A stretch of DNA of 32,000 nucleotides from Cylindrospermopsis raciborskii Cr2010 (lineage in GTDB: Bacteria; Cyanobacteriota; Cyanobacteriia; Cyanobacteriales; Nostocaceae). The stretch covers positions 570,001 to 602,000 of the forward strand of contig NZ_CP065936.1 of the NCBI RefSeq assembly GCF_003367075.2. Reading direction: 5' to 3'. A model generated the notes under the pieces. That model ran no database searches and was not told where the DNA came from. It saw only the letters and a program-made list of their open reading frames with translations. Below are positions 1-8,655 of this stretch, one piece after another; the first letter of the stretch is position 1, and every line of letters begins with the position of its first letter. The translations under genes and the position numbers were made by a program.

Positions 1-565
1 TACTAACGGTTTTAGCTGTTAATGCAGGTCCACCGTTCACATTAGCCGAGTTAATCTTCTTTGTGCCAACCCCTTCAATTTCGGCGCGGGTATCCCTTGG
101 AATAGAAAGCATGACAATTTTTTTGGTCTGGGGGTCAAATTTGAGCAGGAGCATCACATCTGAAAGACCGTCAAAAGAGTTAAGTTGGGGTAAATAACCC
201 AAATTCTTGGTGTGGTCAGGTGGGTTTTGTATGTCGGGGGGTAGTACGCTCATACCCATGACCAAAATATTCACAGGGCGAGTTAACTGAGAAAATTGCC
301 AACCATTACCAGAAATGGGATTTCTGGCAAAAACCGAAGCCTGCTCTGGGGTGAGGTTGGCTTGCTGTAAGGGGGTGCTATCAGAAACAGCTAATAGGGC
401 TCCAGCTAACCCCGATAGCACTGCAATTCCCCCCATTCCTATCACAAATAATAACCAGCGCCCGGATTTTGACCTCCTGGGTTTTTTATTTCTGGATTTA
501 CTTCTGACTGGTTTGTTACCCGCTGCTGATGTTCTTTGACTACTCACAGATTTCCTCACACTCAT
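1..565 (-). CDS. LytR-CpsA-Psr (LCP) family protein, N-terminal part; the gene continues past the left edge of the window
   Basis: Absent from the ORF track because it has no stop inside the window. Reverse-strand translation from the ATG (complement of 563-565) stays open to position 1: MSVRKSVSSQRTSAAGNKPVRSKSRNKKPRRSKSGRWLLFVIGMGGIAVLSGLAGALLAV...RPVNILVMGMS...LSDVMLLLKFDPQTKKIVMLSIPRDTRAEIEGVGTKKINSANVNGGPALTAKTV. It has a basic N-terminus, one TM helix and LCP-domain motifs (NILVMG, SDxMLL, SIPRDT, KINSA..GGP). The + strand ORF 315-539 is its antisense shadow. Confidence 0.75.
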   Translation of the reverse strand, partial: MSVRKSVSSQRTSAAGNKPVRSKSRNKKPRRSKSGRWLLFVIGMGGIAVLSGLAGALLAVSDSTPLQQANLTPEQASVFARNPISGNGWQFSQLTRPVNILVMGMSVLPPDIQNPPDHTKNLGYLPQLNSFDGLSDVMLLLKFDPQTKKIVMLSIPRDTRAEIEGVGTKKINSANVNGGPALTAKTVS

Positions 566-795
566 GGATAAAACAATGTACCTTTTTTCTTTATGTTATT
601 AAATATATTAACTTCTACTTGATATGACCCCCGGTCTAAAGACACGGGGACTTACCACAAACCCAAAACAGGCCGTCTTGATTACTAAAAAGAACTTTCA
701 TGCCATTCTCCGGATTTATGAGCAATCCGGAAAGGTTGATGGTGGCCCCACAGTAATCAATGCAATTTGATTATATTGACGAGAGTATAACCTAT

Positions 796-912
796 TAAGT
801 TTCTTAATAAATCCAATCTTTAGATGGACGTAGGTTGGGTTGAAGTATGAAACCCAACGCCACGGGTCTCCTTACTCGACCCATCCTACAAATAATTGTG
901 CCTCCCTACTTA
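796..912 (+). repeat. MITE-like dispersed repeat, copy A (left end diverged)
   Basis: From about 828 onward it matches the reverse complement of copy C closely (acgtaggttgggttgaagtatgaaacccaac ... ctcgacccatcctacaaataattgtgcctccctactta). The left ~30 nt keep only a TAAGT start and loose similarity. Confidence 0.6.
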
Positions 913-1059
913 CTTTAGGTAAATTCTTAGTTTCTTAGTTAGATATAGCTTTATTTAGGCTATACAAGGGGTTAATAGGTAAAAGCGAGGGGTTGGCAGT
1001 TGAACCACCTGGAATTGTCAAGGATACGGCAAATCGACTATGATAGTTACTTACCACCA

Positions 1060-1179
1060 TAAGTGGGTGAGTGGAATTAAATATAAGATGAACGTAGGAC
1101 GGGTTGAAGTATGAAACCCAACGCCCGCATGGGTTTCGTTCCTCAACCCATCCTAGAAATAATTTTGCCTCCCCACTTA
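1060..1179 (+). repeat. MITE-like dispersed repeat, copy B (full length, 120 bp)
   Basis: Imperfect terminal inverted repeats TAAGTGGGTGAGTGG ... GCCTCCCCACTTA. The interior is a long imperfect palindrome made of two inverted modules (taggacgggttgaagtatgaaaccca / tgggtttcgttcctcaacccatccta). No ORF. Collinear with the reverse complement of copy C. Confidence 0.7.
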
Positions 1180-1267
1180 TTTTTGAATAATGGTTTTTAA
1201 GTCATAGGTTTTTCCTAATCTGTAACTTGTCTCCGGTCATCTTCATTTTTACCCCAATCAACCCAAA

Positions 1268-2443
1268 ATGCACACGAGAAAGCTACTAGAATGGTGGCAA
1301 AGATTTACACCATTGTCCCGTATCGGGGCGATCGCTCTATTTGCTCCCCTATTGGTGATCAATGGTTGGGCTTTGTCCTCAATTTTCAATTATTTCCATT
1401 CATTGATAGTAATTTTGGTAGGAGCTTCAGTCCTGGCATTTTTGCTTAACTATCCACTTATCTGGATGGAAAAACAGGGTGCTAAAAGGGAACAAGTGGC
1501 CATACTAGTATTTTTGATAGCCTTATCAATTCTCCTAGCATTGGGTGTGACCCTATTTCCCTTAGCTTTGACCCAGGCTAGACAATTAGTAAACCGCTTA
1601 CCAGAATGGATAGATTCCGGGCGATCGCAATTAATGATCTTAAATGAGAAAGCGGAGATGATGGGTTTACCAATCAATCTTGATGCCATTGTGGTGCAAA
1701 TTAATGATCGTGTCAAGAGTCAACTACAGGCAATTACCGCTCAGGTTTTAAACTTAGCTGTGGTGACTGTGACCAGTCTATTAGACTTTCTGCTAACTAT
1801 GGTTTTAACCTTTTATCTGTTGCAACATGGGGGTGAACTTTGGCAAAGCTTAGTAGAATGGTTACCGAGTAAATTTCGGGAACCATTTTCTCGAACAGTC
1901 CGATTGAGCTTCCAGAACTTTTTCATCACCCAACTGATTTTATCCACATGTATGGCCTCAGCCCTAATTCCCTCATTTTTGTGGTTAAAAGTTCCCTATG
2001 GACTGTTATTTGGTTTGACCATCGGGATTATGGCATTAATTCCCTTTGGTGGTTCCGTAGGTATTGCCATCACCACCCTATTAGTTTCCCTCCAGGATAT
2101 TTCCATGGGGGTGAGGGTATTAGCAGCAGCTGTGATAGTTCAACAGATTTTGGAAAACATCCTCGCTCCCCGTATCCTAGGTAACTTTACTGGGCTAAAT
2201 CCTGTATGGGTATTGATTTCAGTGCTTACTGGAGCCAGAGTTGGAGGTTTGTTAGGGGTAATAGTTGCTGTTCCCTTTGCGGTAGTAATTAAAACCATTA
2301 TTGGAGTGATTCGTTCTCCCATGGTGATTGACCAGACAAATCAGCAGTTGGATGAGACAGGTGAGCAAGGTTTAGCACCTGTAGAAAATAACTTACCCAT
2401 GACCAGCTTGGTTAATCATCCTCATATTCAGCCCAAGAATTAG
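1268..2443 (+). CDS. AI-2E family transporter (PerM/UPF0118-type permease)
   Basis: 391-aa polytopic membrane protein. The C-terminal half carries the family signature region QQILENILAPRILGNFTGLNPVWVLISVLTGARVGGLLGVIVAVPFAVVIK. Confidence 0.85.
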   Translation: MHTRKLLEWWQRFTPLSRIGAIALFAPLLVINGWALSSIFNYFHSLIVILVGASVLAFLLNYPLIWMEKQGAKREQVAILVFLIALSILLALGVTLFPLALTQARQLVNRLPEWIDSGRSQLMILNEKAEMMGLPINLDAIVVQINDRVKSQLQAITAQVLNLAVVTVTSLLDFLLTMVLTFYLLQHGGELWQSLVEWLPSKFREPFSRTVRLSFQNFFITQLILSTCMASALIPSFLWLKVPYGLLFGLTIGIMALIPFGGSVGIAITTLLVSLQDISMGVRVLAAAVIVQQILENILAPRILGNFTGLNPVWVLISVLTGARVGGLLGVIVAVPFAVVIKTIIGVIRSPMVIDQTNQQLDETGEQGLAPVENNLPMTSLVNHPHIQPKN

Positions 2444-2801
2444 GTGTTTCCGACACTGCTACCTTGAGTTTCACCCCCGTTGGCAAGCGTCTTTTAGTTT
2501 CATCATAAATATATTTAGCAATCATTTCCGCAGTTGTTTCGTACTCAGGTGGTAAAACCTCATTTAGCACACAGTGATCTAAACCTCCCTGGGTAACATC
2601 CTTTTTAGCCCAGCGTAAACTTTTAAAATCAGCCACCATAACGGGATGGGGACAGTATTCTGAGCTATGGAGTTGTGATGATGTGACCTCCATTTTCACT
2701 CTATAAGTGTGACCGTGCATTCTCCCACAGGGTCCTTTATAATCTTTGATGTAGTGGGCACTGTCAAATGTAAATTCCGTAGATAATTTCCATCTGGGCA
2801 T
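2412..2801 (-). CDS. queD: 6-carboxytetrahydropterin synthase / 6-pyruvoyl-tetrahydropterin synthase family protein
   Basis: 129 aa. FDSAHYIKDYKGPCGRMHGHTYRV contains the His, Cys and HxH residues of the PTPS/QueD fold. The size is typical. The 3' end overlaps the convergent AI-2E gene by 32 nt. Confidence 0.85.
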   Translation of the reverse strand: MPRWKLSTEFTFDSAHYIKDYKGPCGRMHGHTYRVKMEVTSSQLHSSEYCPHPVMVADFKSLRWAKKDVTQGGLDHCVLNEVLPPEYETTAEMIAKYIYDETKRRLPTGVKLKVAVSETPNSWAEYEDD

Positions 2802-2886
2802 TGATTTGGCTTCCTTATTTATTACAAAGTTTATTACAACGGGAAACTAAAGAATTAACTATAACAACGAGCTAGTAATTAAATGT

Positions 2887-3108
2887 ATGAGTAGATCAAA
2901 AATTATCGCAATTCTTACAGGCGCAATTTCTATCCTTTTAGCTATAGCTTACCTAATTGTAGTCCAGATTCTGGACTATCGGGATATGAAACCCGCTCCC
3001 ACGGGGGAATTAACAATGCCAATAGCTACTCAAATGAGGTTCAATAATGGGGGTAGTCAGAACCTCAAGCAAAAATCAATGTTTATCATTGGAGAAACCA
3101 ATATATAG
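2887..3108 (+). CDS. Hypothetical small membrane protein
   Basis: 73-aa ORF with one clear N-terminal TM helix (IIAILTGAISILLAIAYLIVVQIL). It lies in an otherwise empty gap upstream of ndhF3. No family recognised and no obvious SD sequence. Confidence 0.4.
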   Translation: MSRSKIIAILTGAISILLAIAYLIVVQILDYRDMKPAPTGELTMPIATQMRFNNGGSQNLKQKSMFIIGETNI

Positions 3109-3303
3109 AGCTATAAGAATAAGTTACATAAGATATCGCATATTGATCTACCTGGGTAATTCCCTTTTGCCAAACATAACGGTAAACTGAATCTAACGAT
3201 AACAAAAGATAAACTCGTATTGTTTTTAGCTTGAGATCATTAGGGATCAACGCCTTTTTGTCTTCTAAGAATAATACTGTCGGTAAATATAGAGGTTAAA
3301 TAC

Positions 3304-5163
3304 ATGTCCCAATACTTGCTAGAAACCGTTTGGTTGGTTCCTGGCTATGCTTTATTAGGTGGTCTTTTGGCATTACCCTGGTCTCCGGGGATAATTAAAC
3401 GCACAGGACCAAGACCAGCTGGTTATGTCAATTTAATAACAACATTTTTGGCCTTTTTACATTCAGCAATTGCTTTTACAGCCACTTGGAACCATCCAGC
3501 TAAAGAAGTCTTCATTCCATGGCTATCTACCGCTGGGTTAAACCTAACCATTAATCTGGAACTATCTTCAATTACGGTTGGTGCCCTAGTTGTAATCACC
3601 GGATTAAACTTTCTTGCCCAGGTTTATGCTGTGGGCTATATGGAAATGGACTGGGGATGGGGACGCTTTTACTCCCTGTTAGGATTTTTTGAAGCCGGGT
3701 TATGTGCATTAGTTCTGTGCAATAACCTATTCTTCAGTTACGTGGTTTTAGAAATCCTGACCCTGGGAACCTACCTATTAGTAGGTTTATGGTTTAGTCA
3801 ACCCCTGGTGGTAACTGGTGCAAGAGATGCTTTCTTAACCAAACGGGTAGGTGACCTATTCCTGTTGATGGGAGTTCTAGGACTATGGACATTAGCAGGA
3901 ACTTGGGATTACCAAGATCTAGCCACCTGGGCACAGACAGCTAAAGTAGACCCCACCATTATCACCTTAGTTTGTTTAGCTCTAATCGCTGGACCCATGG
4001 GTAAATGCGCTCAGTTCCCCCTTCACCTATGGTTAGACGAAGCTATGGAAGGACCTATTCCCAGTACCATACTCCGGAACTCCGTAGTAGTTGCCAGTGG
4101 AGCTTGGGTTCTAATCCAACTCCAACCCGTATTTAGCTTATCACCAATAGCTTCCACCACCATGATTGCCATTGGTGCAGTTACAGCAGTGGGTGGTTCC
4201 CTAATTGCGATCGCTCAAATTGACATTAAACGTTGTTTATCCTATTCAGTTAGTACCTATATGGGACTAGTTTTTATTGCAGTAGGTACTCAGCAAGACG
4301 AAGCTGCCTTACTACTAGTCCTCACCCATGCTTTATCCGCAGCATTATTAGTAATGAGTACGGGGGGAATAGTTTGGAATAGCGTTACCCAAGATGTAAC
4401 TCAACTGGGTGGTTTATGGTCACGGCGTCCAATTTCCGGTTTAGCATTCATTGTCGGAACTTTAGGTTTAATAGCTTTTCCTCCCCTGGGTAGTTTTTGG
4501 GCCCTTCTGAAATTGGCCGATGGGATATGGGCAAATCACCCTTGGTTAGTGGGAATTATTATTGCAGTAAACGCCCTAACAGCTTTTAGTTTAACCAGAG
4601 AATTTGGTTTAATATTTGGTGGTAAACCCAAACAAATGAGTGAACGTTCACCAGAAGCCATTTGGTTGATGGTTTTACCCATGATGGTATTATTTGGTCT
4701 GGTTTTACATTTACCACTAATCTTGCAAAGTTTATCCTTACTACCCAGTTGGACCGCATTACAAAAAGATGTGGCACTGCTGTTAATTTGGTCTAGCATT
4801 TTTGGTGTCAGTATTAGTGCTGTCATTTACTTGGGTAACATTCCCAAACCAATTGCCTTACCCTGGAAAGGCCTACAGAACCTGTTAGCTTATGACTTTT
4901 ACACCCCCAAACTCTATAAAGTTACCATCATTTTTGGAGTTGCCCAGCTTTCTAAACTAGCTGACATTGTAGATAGATTTGTGGTTGATGGGATAGTGAA
5001 TTTCGTGGGTTTATTCTCCCTTTTAGGAGGAGAAAGTTTGAAGTACAGCAACAGTGGACAAACCCAATTTTATGCCTTCACCGTCTTAGTTGGTGTTGCT
5101 GTTTTAGGAGCTTGGGCAACCTGGCCTTTTTGGAGTGTTCAATTTATGAATCTAGTTTTTTAA
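3304..5163 (+). CDS. ndhF3: NAD(P)H-quinone oxidoreductase subunit F, CO2-uptake type (NdhF3)
   Basis: 619-aa polytopic NuoL/NdhF antiporter-like protein (GKCAQFPLHLWLDEAMEGPIPSTIL). Assigned F3 by synteny with a 504-aa NdhD and a 440-aa CupA immediately downstream. Confidence 0.85.
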   Translation: MSQYLLETVWLVPGYALLGGLLALPWSPGIIKRTGPRPAGYVNLITTFLAFLHSAIAFTATWNHPAKEVFIPWLSTAGLNLTINLELSSITVGALVVITGLNFLAQVYAVGYMEMDWGWGRFYSLLGFFEAGLCALVLCNNLFFSYVVLEILTLGTYLLVGLWFSQPLVVTGARDAFLTKRVGDLFLLMGVLGLWTLAGTWDYQDLATWAQTAKVDPTIITLVCLALIAGPMGKCAQFPLHLWLDEAMEGPIPSTILRNSVVVASGAWVLIQLQPVFSLSPIASTTMIAIGAVTAVGGSLIAIAQIDIKRCLSYSVSTYMGLVFIAVGTQQDEAALLLVLTHALSAALLVMSTGGIVWNSVTQDVTQLGGLWSRRPISGLAFIVGTLGLIAFPPLGSFWALLKLADGIWANHPWLVGIIIAVNALTAFSLTREFGLIFGGKPKQMSERSPEAIWLMVLPMMVLFGLVLHLPLILQSLSLLPSWTALQKDVALLLIWSSIFGVSISAVIYLGNIPKPIALPWKGLQNLLAYDFYTPKLYKVTIIFGVAQLSKLADIVDRFVVDGIVNFVGLFSLLGGESLKYSNSGQTQFYAFTVLVGVAVLGAWATWPFWSVQFMNLVF

Positions 5164-5224
5164 AAACCCGGATGACCAGTTTATAACCCATTTTTTAAAC
5201 TCATATCCTACCCATCATTAAACT

Positions 5225-6739
5225 ATGTTGAGCGTTTTAATTTGGTTACCCATCATTGGTGCTGCCATTATCAGTATCCTACCCGATACAATCATCCCTA
5301 AAAATAGGGTTCGACTAGTATCGTTAACTATTGCGTTTCTAGTTCTGCTATGGAACGCATTTATCCTGCTGAAATTCGACATCACCAATCCGGGAATGCA
5401 GTTTTCAGAATATCTACCTTGGAATGAAACCTTGGGTCTAGCTTATCAACTAGGTGTTGATGGACTATCAATCCTCATGTTGATATTGAACAGCTTGTTA
5501 ACCTGGATTGCAATCTATAGCAGTAGCGAAAATACCGAACGTCCTAAACTTTTCTACTCCCTGGTTTTATTAGTTTCCGGTGGAGTTGCTGGTGCATTCC
5601 TAGCTCAAAACCTATTACTGTTCTTCCTGTTCTACGAACTGGAACTAATTCCCTTTTACCTATTAATTTCTATATGGGGGGGTAACAAACGAGCTTATGC
5701 TGGAATGAAATTCCTGATTTACACAGCAGTATCAGGAGCGTTAATTTTAGCCACCTTCTTAGGAATAGTCTGGTTAAGTGGTTCCCACAGTTTTACCCTA
5801 GATGCTGTGAAGACTCAAAACCTTTCTACAACCATGCAGATAGTTTTATTAGCAGGCATAATTTTAGGTTTTGGCATTAAAATTCCCCTAATTCCCTTTC
5901 ACACCTGGTTACCAGATGCTTACGTGGAAGCATCTGCTCCCATTGCTATTTTACTGGGTGGAATCCTAGCGAAATTGGGAACCTACGGACTGTTAAGATT
6001 TGGATTTGGCTTATTTCCCCAAGCATGGAATGTGGTAGCACCCACATTAGCAATATGGGGAGCTATTAGCGCCATTTATGGAGCAGTAGTAGCCATTTCT
6101 CAAAAAGATATCAAGCGGATGGTAGCTTATAGTTCCATCGGTCACATGGGTTATATTTTGCTTGCAGCTGCTTCTGGGACTAAACTAGCTTTAGTGGGTG
6201 CGGTGGCACAAATGTTTAGTCATGGTCTAATATTAGCCATTCTCTTCCATTTAGTAGGAATTATCGAAGCGAAAGTTGGTACTAGAGAACTAGATAAACT
6301 GAATGGTTTGATGAGTCCAATTCGGGGACTACCCATTGTCAGTGCATTACTTGTTCTAGGGGGTATGGCCAGCGCTGGTATTCCTGGTTTAACGGGGTTT
6401 ATTGCGGAGTTTATTGTTTTCCAAGGAAGTTTTTCTAGCTTCCCCATACCCACACTCCTATGTGTTGCATCCTCTGGTTTAACAGCGGTTTACTTTGTGA
6501 TTCTACTCAACCGCACCTGTTTTGGTAAACTTAATAATGATCTTGCCTATTATCCCAAAGTAGTATGGGCAGAAAAAATACCTGCTCTAGTACTAGCTGG
6601 ACTAATTATCTTTTTAGGAGTGCAACCAACTTGGTTAGTGCGTTGGAATGAAACTACAACTTCTGCCATGGTAGGTGCCATTCCCACAGCGGGGAAAATC
6701 ATTATTTCCCAAGTAGAAACAAATCAGCATCAGCAGTAA
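5225..6739 (+). CDS. ndhD3: NAD(P)H-quinone oxidoreductase subunit D, CO2-uptake type (NdhD3)
   Basis: 504-aa NuoM/NdhD family protein (IKIPLIPFHTWLPDAYVEASAPIAILLGGILAKLGTYGLLRF). It sits between ndhF3 and cupA. Confidence 0.85.
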   Translation: MLSVLIWLPIIGAAIISILPDTIIPKNRVRLVSLTIAFLVLLWNAFILLKFDITNPGMQFSEYLPWNETLGLAYQLGVDGLSILMLILNSLLTWIAIYSSSENTERPKLFYSLVLLVSGGVAGAFLAQNLLLFFLFYELELIPFYLLISIWGGNKRAYAGMKFLIYTAVSGALILATFLGIVWLSGSHSFTLDAVKTQNLSTTMQIVLLAGIILGFGIKIPLIPFHTWLPDAYVEASAPIAILLGGILAKLGTYGLLRFGFGLFPQAWNVVAPTLAIWGAISAIYGAVVAISQKDIKRMVAYSSIGHMGYILLAAASGTKLALVGAVAQMFSHGLILAILFHLVGIIEAKVGTRELDKLNGLMSPIRGLPIVSALLVLGGMASAGIPGLTGFIAEFIVFQGSFSSFPIPTLLCVASSGLTAVYFVILLNRTCFGKLNNDLAYYPKVVWAEKIPALVLAGLIIFLGVQPTWLVRWNETTTSAMVGAIPTAGKIIISQVETNQHQQ

Positions 6740-6778
6740 ACTAAACACTAATAATCCAGTTAAATCCAATTAACCAAC

Positions 6779-8101
6779 ATGGTACAAACAGTCCCCAAAC
6801 CCACCAGTAAACTACCACCATCAACCCATGAATTTGCGGATATCATTCATCGGTTAGAAGCTGGTGGTTCCATGCTACCAGATACACCAGAAAACCTCAT
6901 GCAAATCATTGGCATTTATAAAGCATACGCTGTGCCAATGGACTTCTATTGGAGAGATTTGCTATACATTGGTGAAAGAGTCTTTTTAAATCCCCTTCCT
7001 GCTTTTAAATACTTCCTACCGCAAGAATACTTAGACCTACATAATCATTATGCTGGAGACGATGCGGATTTAAGAATTTGGCGAGGTGAAGCGACAGCAC
7101 ATCCGGAACTTTTGGCATTCATGGAAAAGGGTGAAACCGGGAAAATACCCAAACTATTCCACCATTTACTCCATGACAGAATCAACATGGAATTTGCGGA
7201 AGCTTGTATGCAAGCCATGCTTTGGCATCGTAAAATGTATGCTCCCGTAAACCAATTTGATGCCTATTTAGACTCAGAAGAATATAAAGCTAATGCTGAC
7301 CAAGCCATCAAAGCCTACTTTCGGAAAAACCTCCCCATGTTGGCACTTTATAAACTGTTCCCAGACATGTTTTTAGAACAGTGTCGGATGATGTCTTACT
7401 ATGCCAACTTAGGACTGTTTTGGGAAGTAATGGCACCCGTATTTTTTGAAATGTCAGATATTTATGATGAAGGGGGTTTCTCCGGTGTTCCCGATGCCAT
7501 GAATTTTCTGATAAATGGCATTTTTGCCATTGCTGGTCGTCCCATTTATCATCATGTTTACGTTGATGGCAAATGTTATGAAGTTATCCCCAAATCCAAA
7601 GGTTTCACTTGGTTATATGAAGGAGCTCTACCCTATGTAGAAGCTGTGTTTTACCGCACTGCACCATTTAGAGGAACAAAATCATATAACGCTCAAGCTG
7701 GACAAGTGCCAAATGACCAAAAAGACTTTCACTATGGTATTCTCTATGCTGATGTATTCCCCGTAGGAACTGCGGGTATTCCCCCCACCTTGCTGATGCA
7801 GGATATGCTGCATTTCCTCCCCCCCTACTTGGTAGATTACTATAAACAACATTGTCGAGGTGAGGATGATATGTTGATTCAGTTGGGAATTACCTTCCAG
7901 CGTTCCATGTACAATGTCACATCTGCTGTAATTCAAGCATTGAGAACAGCTCTTTTATATCCACTGGATGACACCAACCCTCGTCACTTGCAGGCAAATC
8001 GAGACTTCTTTGAATCCCAACTAAACCGTTTTACCCGTGTCGAATATGGAATGCGAGATGCAGCTAAATTGCGAAGCATTCAGAGTCCGAACTACAGATG
8101 A
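6779..8101 (+). CDS. cupA: CO2 hydration protein CupA/ChpY of the NDH-1MS complex
   Basis: 440-aa soluble protein directly after ndhF3-ndhD3. Position and length fit CupA rather than the shorter CupB/ChpX as I remember them. Recognised from synteny and memory, not searched. Confidence 0.8.
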   Translation: MVQTVPKPTSKLPPSTHEFADIIHRLEAGGSMLPDTPENLMQIIGIYKAYAVPMDFYWRDLLYIGERVFLNPLPAFKYFLPQEYLDLHNHYAGDDADLRIWRGEATAHPELLAFMEKGETGKIPKLFHHLLHDRINMEFAEACMQAMLWHRKMYAPVNQFDAYLDSEEYKANADQAIKAYFRKNLPMLALYKLFPDMFLEQCRMMSYYANLGLFWEVMAPVFFEMSDIYDEGGFSGVPDAMNFLINGIFAIAGRPIYHHVYVDGKCYEVIPKSKGFTWLYEGALPYVEAVFYRTAPFRGTKSYNAQAGQVPNDQKDFHYGILYADVFPVGTAGIPPTLLMQDMLHFLPPYLVDYYKQHCRGEDDMLIQLGITFQRSMYNVTSAVIQALRTALLYPLDDTNPRHLQANRDFFESQLNRFTRVEYGMRDAAKLRSIQSPNYR

Positions 8102-8108
8102 GAATAAA

Positions 8109-8600
8109 ACACCGGGAATTGATTCCCGGTCTAAAAGCGACTGGTTTTGTCCTGAGTAATCGTAAGTTGGGTTGAGGTACGAAACCCAACAAACCAACAG
8201 GATATATATAAATGCGATTGCTAAGCACTCCCTACGGGAGCTCCCTAGGGGATTAACCATAATTGTTTAAATTAACCCCTACCTGAAGACTGTCTGTTTG
8301 GGACACCCGGAATCAATTCCCGGTCTAAAAGCGACTGGTTTTGTCCTGAGTAATCGTAGGTTGGATTGAGGCACGAAACCCAACAAACCAACAGGATATA
8401 TATAAATGCGATTGCGAAGCACTCCCTACGGGAGCTCGCAAAACACTCTCTATGGGAGCTCCCCAGGGGATTAACCATAATTGTTTAAATTAACCCCTAC
8501 CTGGAGACTGTCTGTTGGGGAGACCGGGAATCAATTCCCAGTCTAAAACCGACTGGTTTTGTCGTGGGTAATCGTAAGTTGGGTTGATTAAACTCAACAC
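8109..8600 (+). repeat. Tandem array (about 2.4 copies) of a 194-bp composite hairpin unit
   Basis: Units start at 8109, 8303 and 8521, giving periods of 194 and 218. The extra 24 nt in unit 2 is an internal duplication, gcaaaacactctctatgggagctc. Unit 3 decays near 8600. Each unit carries four stem-loops (see findings). Confidence 0.9.
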
Positions 8601-8655
8601 CCCTAGACAAACCATGTTATATTAAACTAAACCGATTGAGTCAGTACCAAAGTGA

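Noticed and set aside
315-539. A 74-aa + strand ORF at the left edge.
   Set aside because: It lies antisense to a much better LCP-family reading frame that is open from 565 to the window edge.
624-770. A 48-aa ORF (MTPGLKTRGLTTNPKQAVLITKK...) and a perfect 8-bp hairpin TCCGGATT-tatgagc-AATCCGGA (709-731) lie in the 700-bp divergent intergenic region. The stretch cccggtctaaag resembles cccggtctaaaag of the tandem unit.
   Set aside because: The ORF has no start context, and its composition looks like translated repeat DNA. The hairpin has no U-run and no gene upstream to terminate. It is probably more repeat debris.
3124-3136. The 13-nt string TTACATAAGATAT is shared between the ndhF3 upstream region and the clpC upstream region (27638-27650).
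   Set aside because: Exact 13-mers in AT-rich sequence are expected by chance many times in a 32-kb two-strand comparison.
3104-3303. Search for an NdhR/CcmR-type operator (ATAG-N8-CTAT as I recall it) upstream of ndhF3. Only TATAG-ag-CTATA (3104-3115) and GATC-N6-GATC (about 3237-3250) were found.
   Set aside because: The spacing does not fit the remembered motif, and the arms are too short to separate from chance. No regulatory call is made.
8021-8478. Two minus-strand ORFs (8021-8260 and 8272-8478) encode near-identical peptides (MVNPLGSS..RECxAIAFIYILLVCWVS.LNPTYDYSGQNQSLLDRE). They could be taken for a duplicated small-protein gene.
   Set aside because: They are read-throughs of the tandem repeat units. 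Their ATG arises inside a hairpin arm. One runs antisense into the cupA coding end. Their ends are not conserved between units, and the 24-nt duplication simply lengthens one. Coding is not strictly excluded, but nothing supports it.
8109-8600. Whether the regularly spaced repeats could be a CRISPR array.
   Set aside because: The units are contiguous 194-bp repeats with no unique spacers. No cas genes or leader are present, and the structure is wrong for CRISPR.
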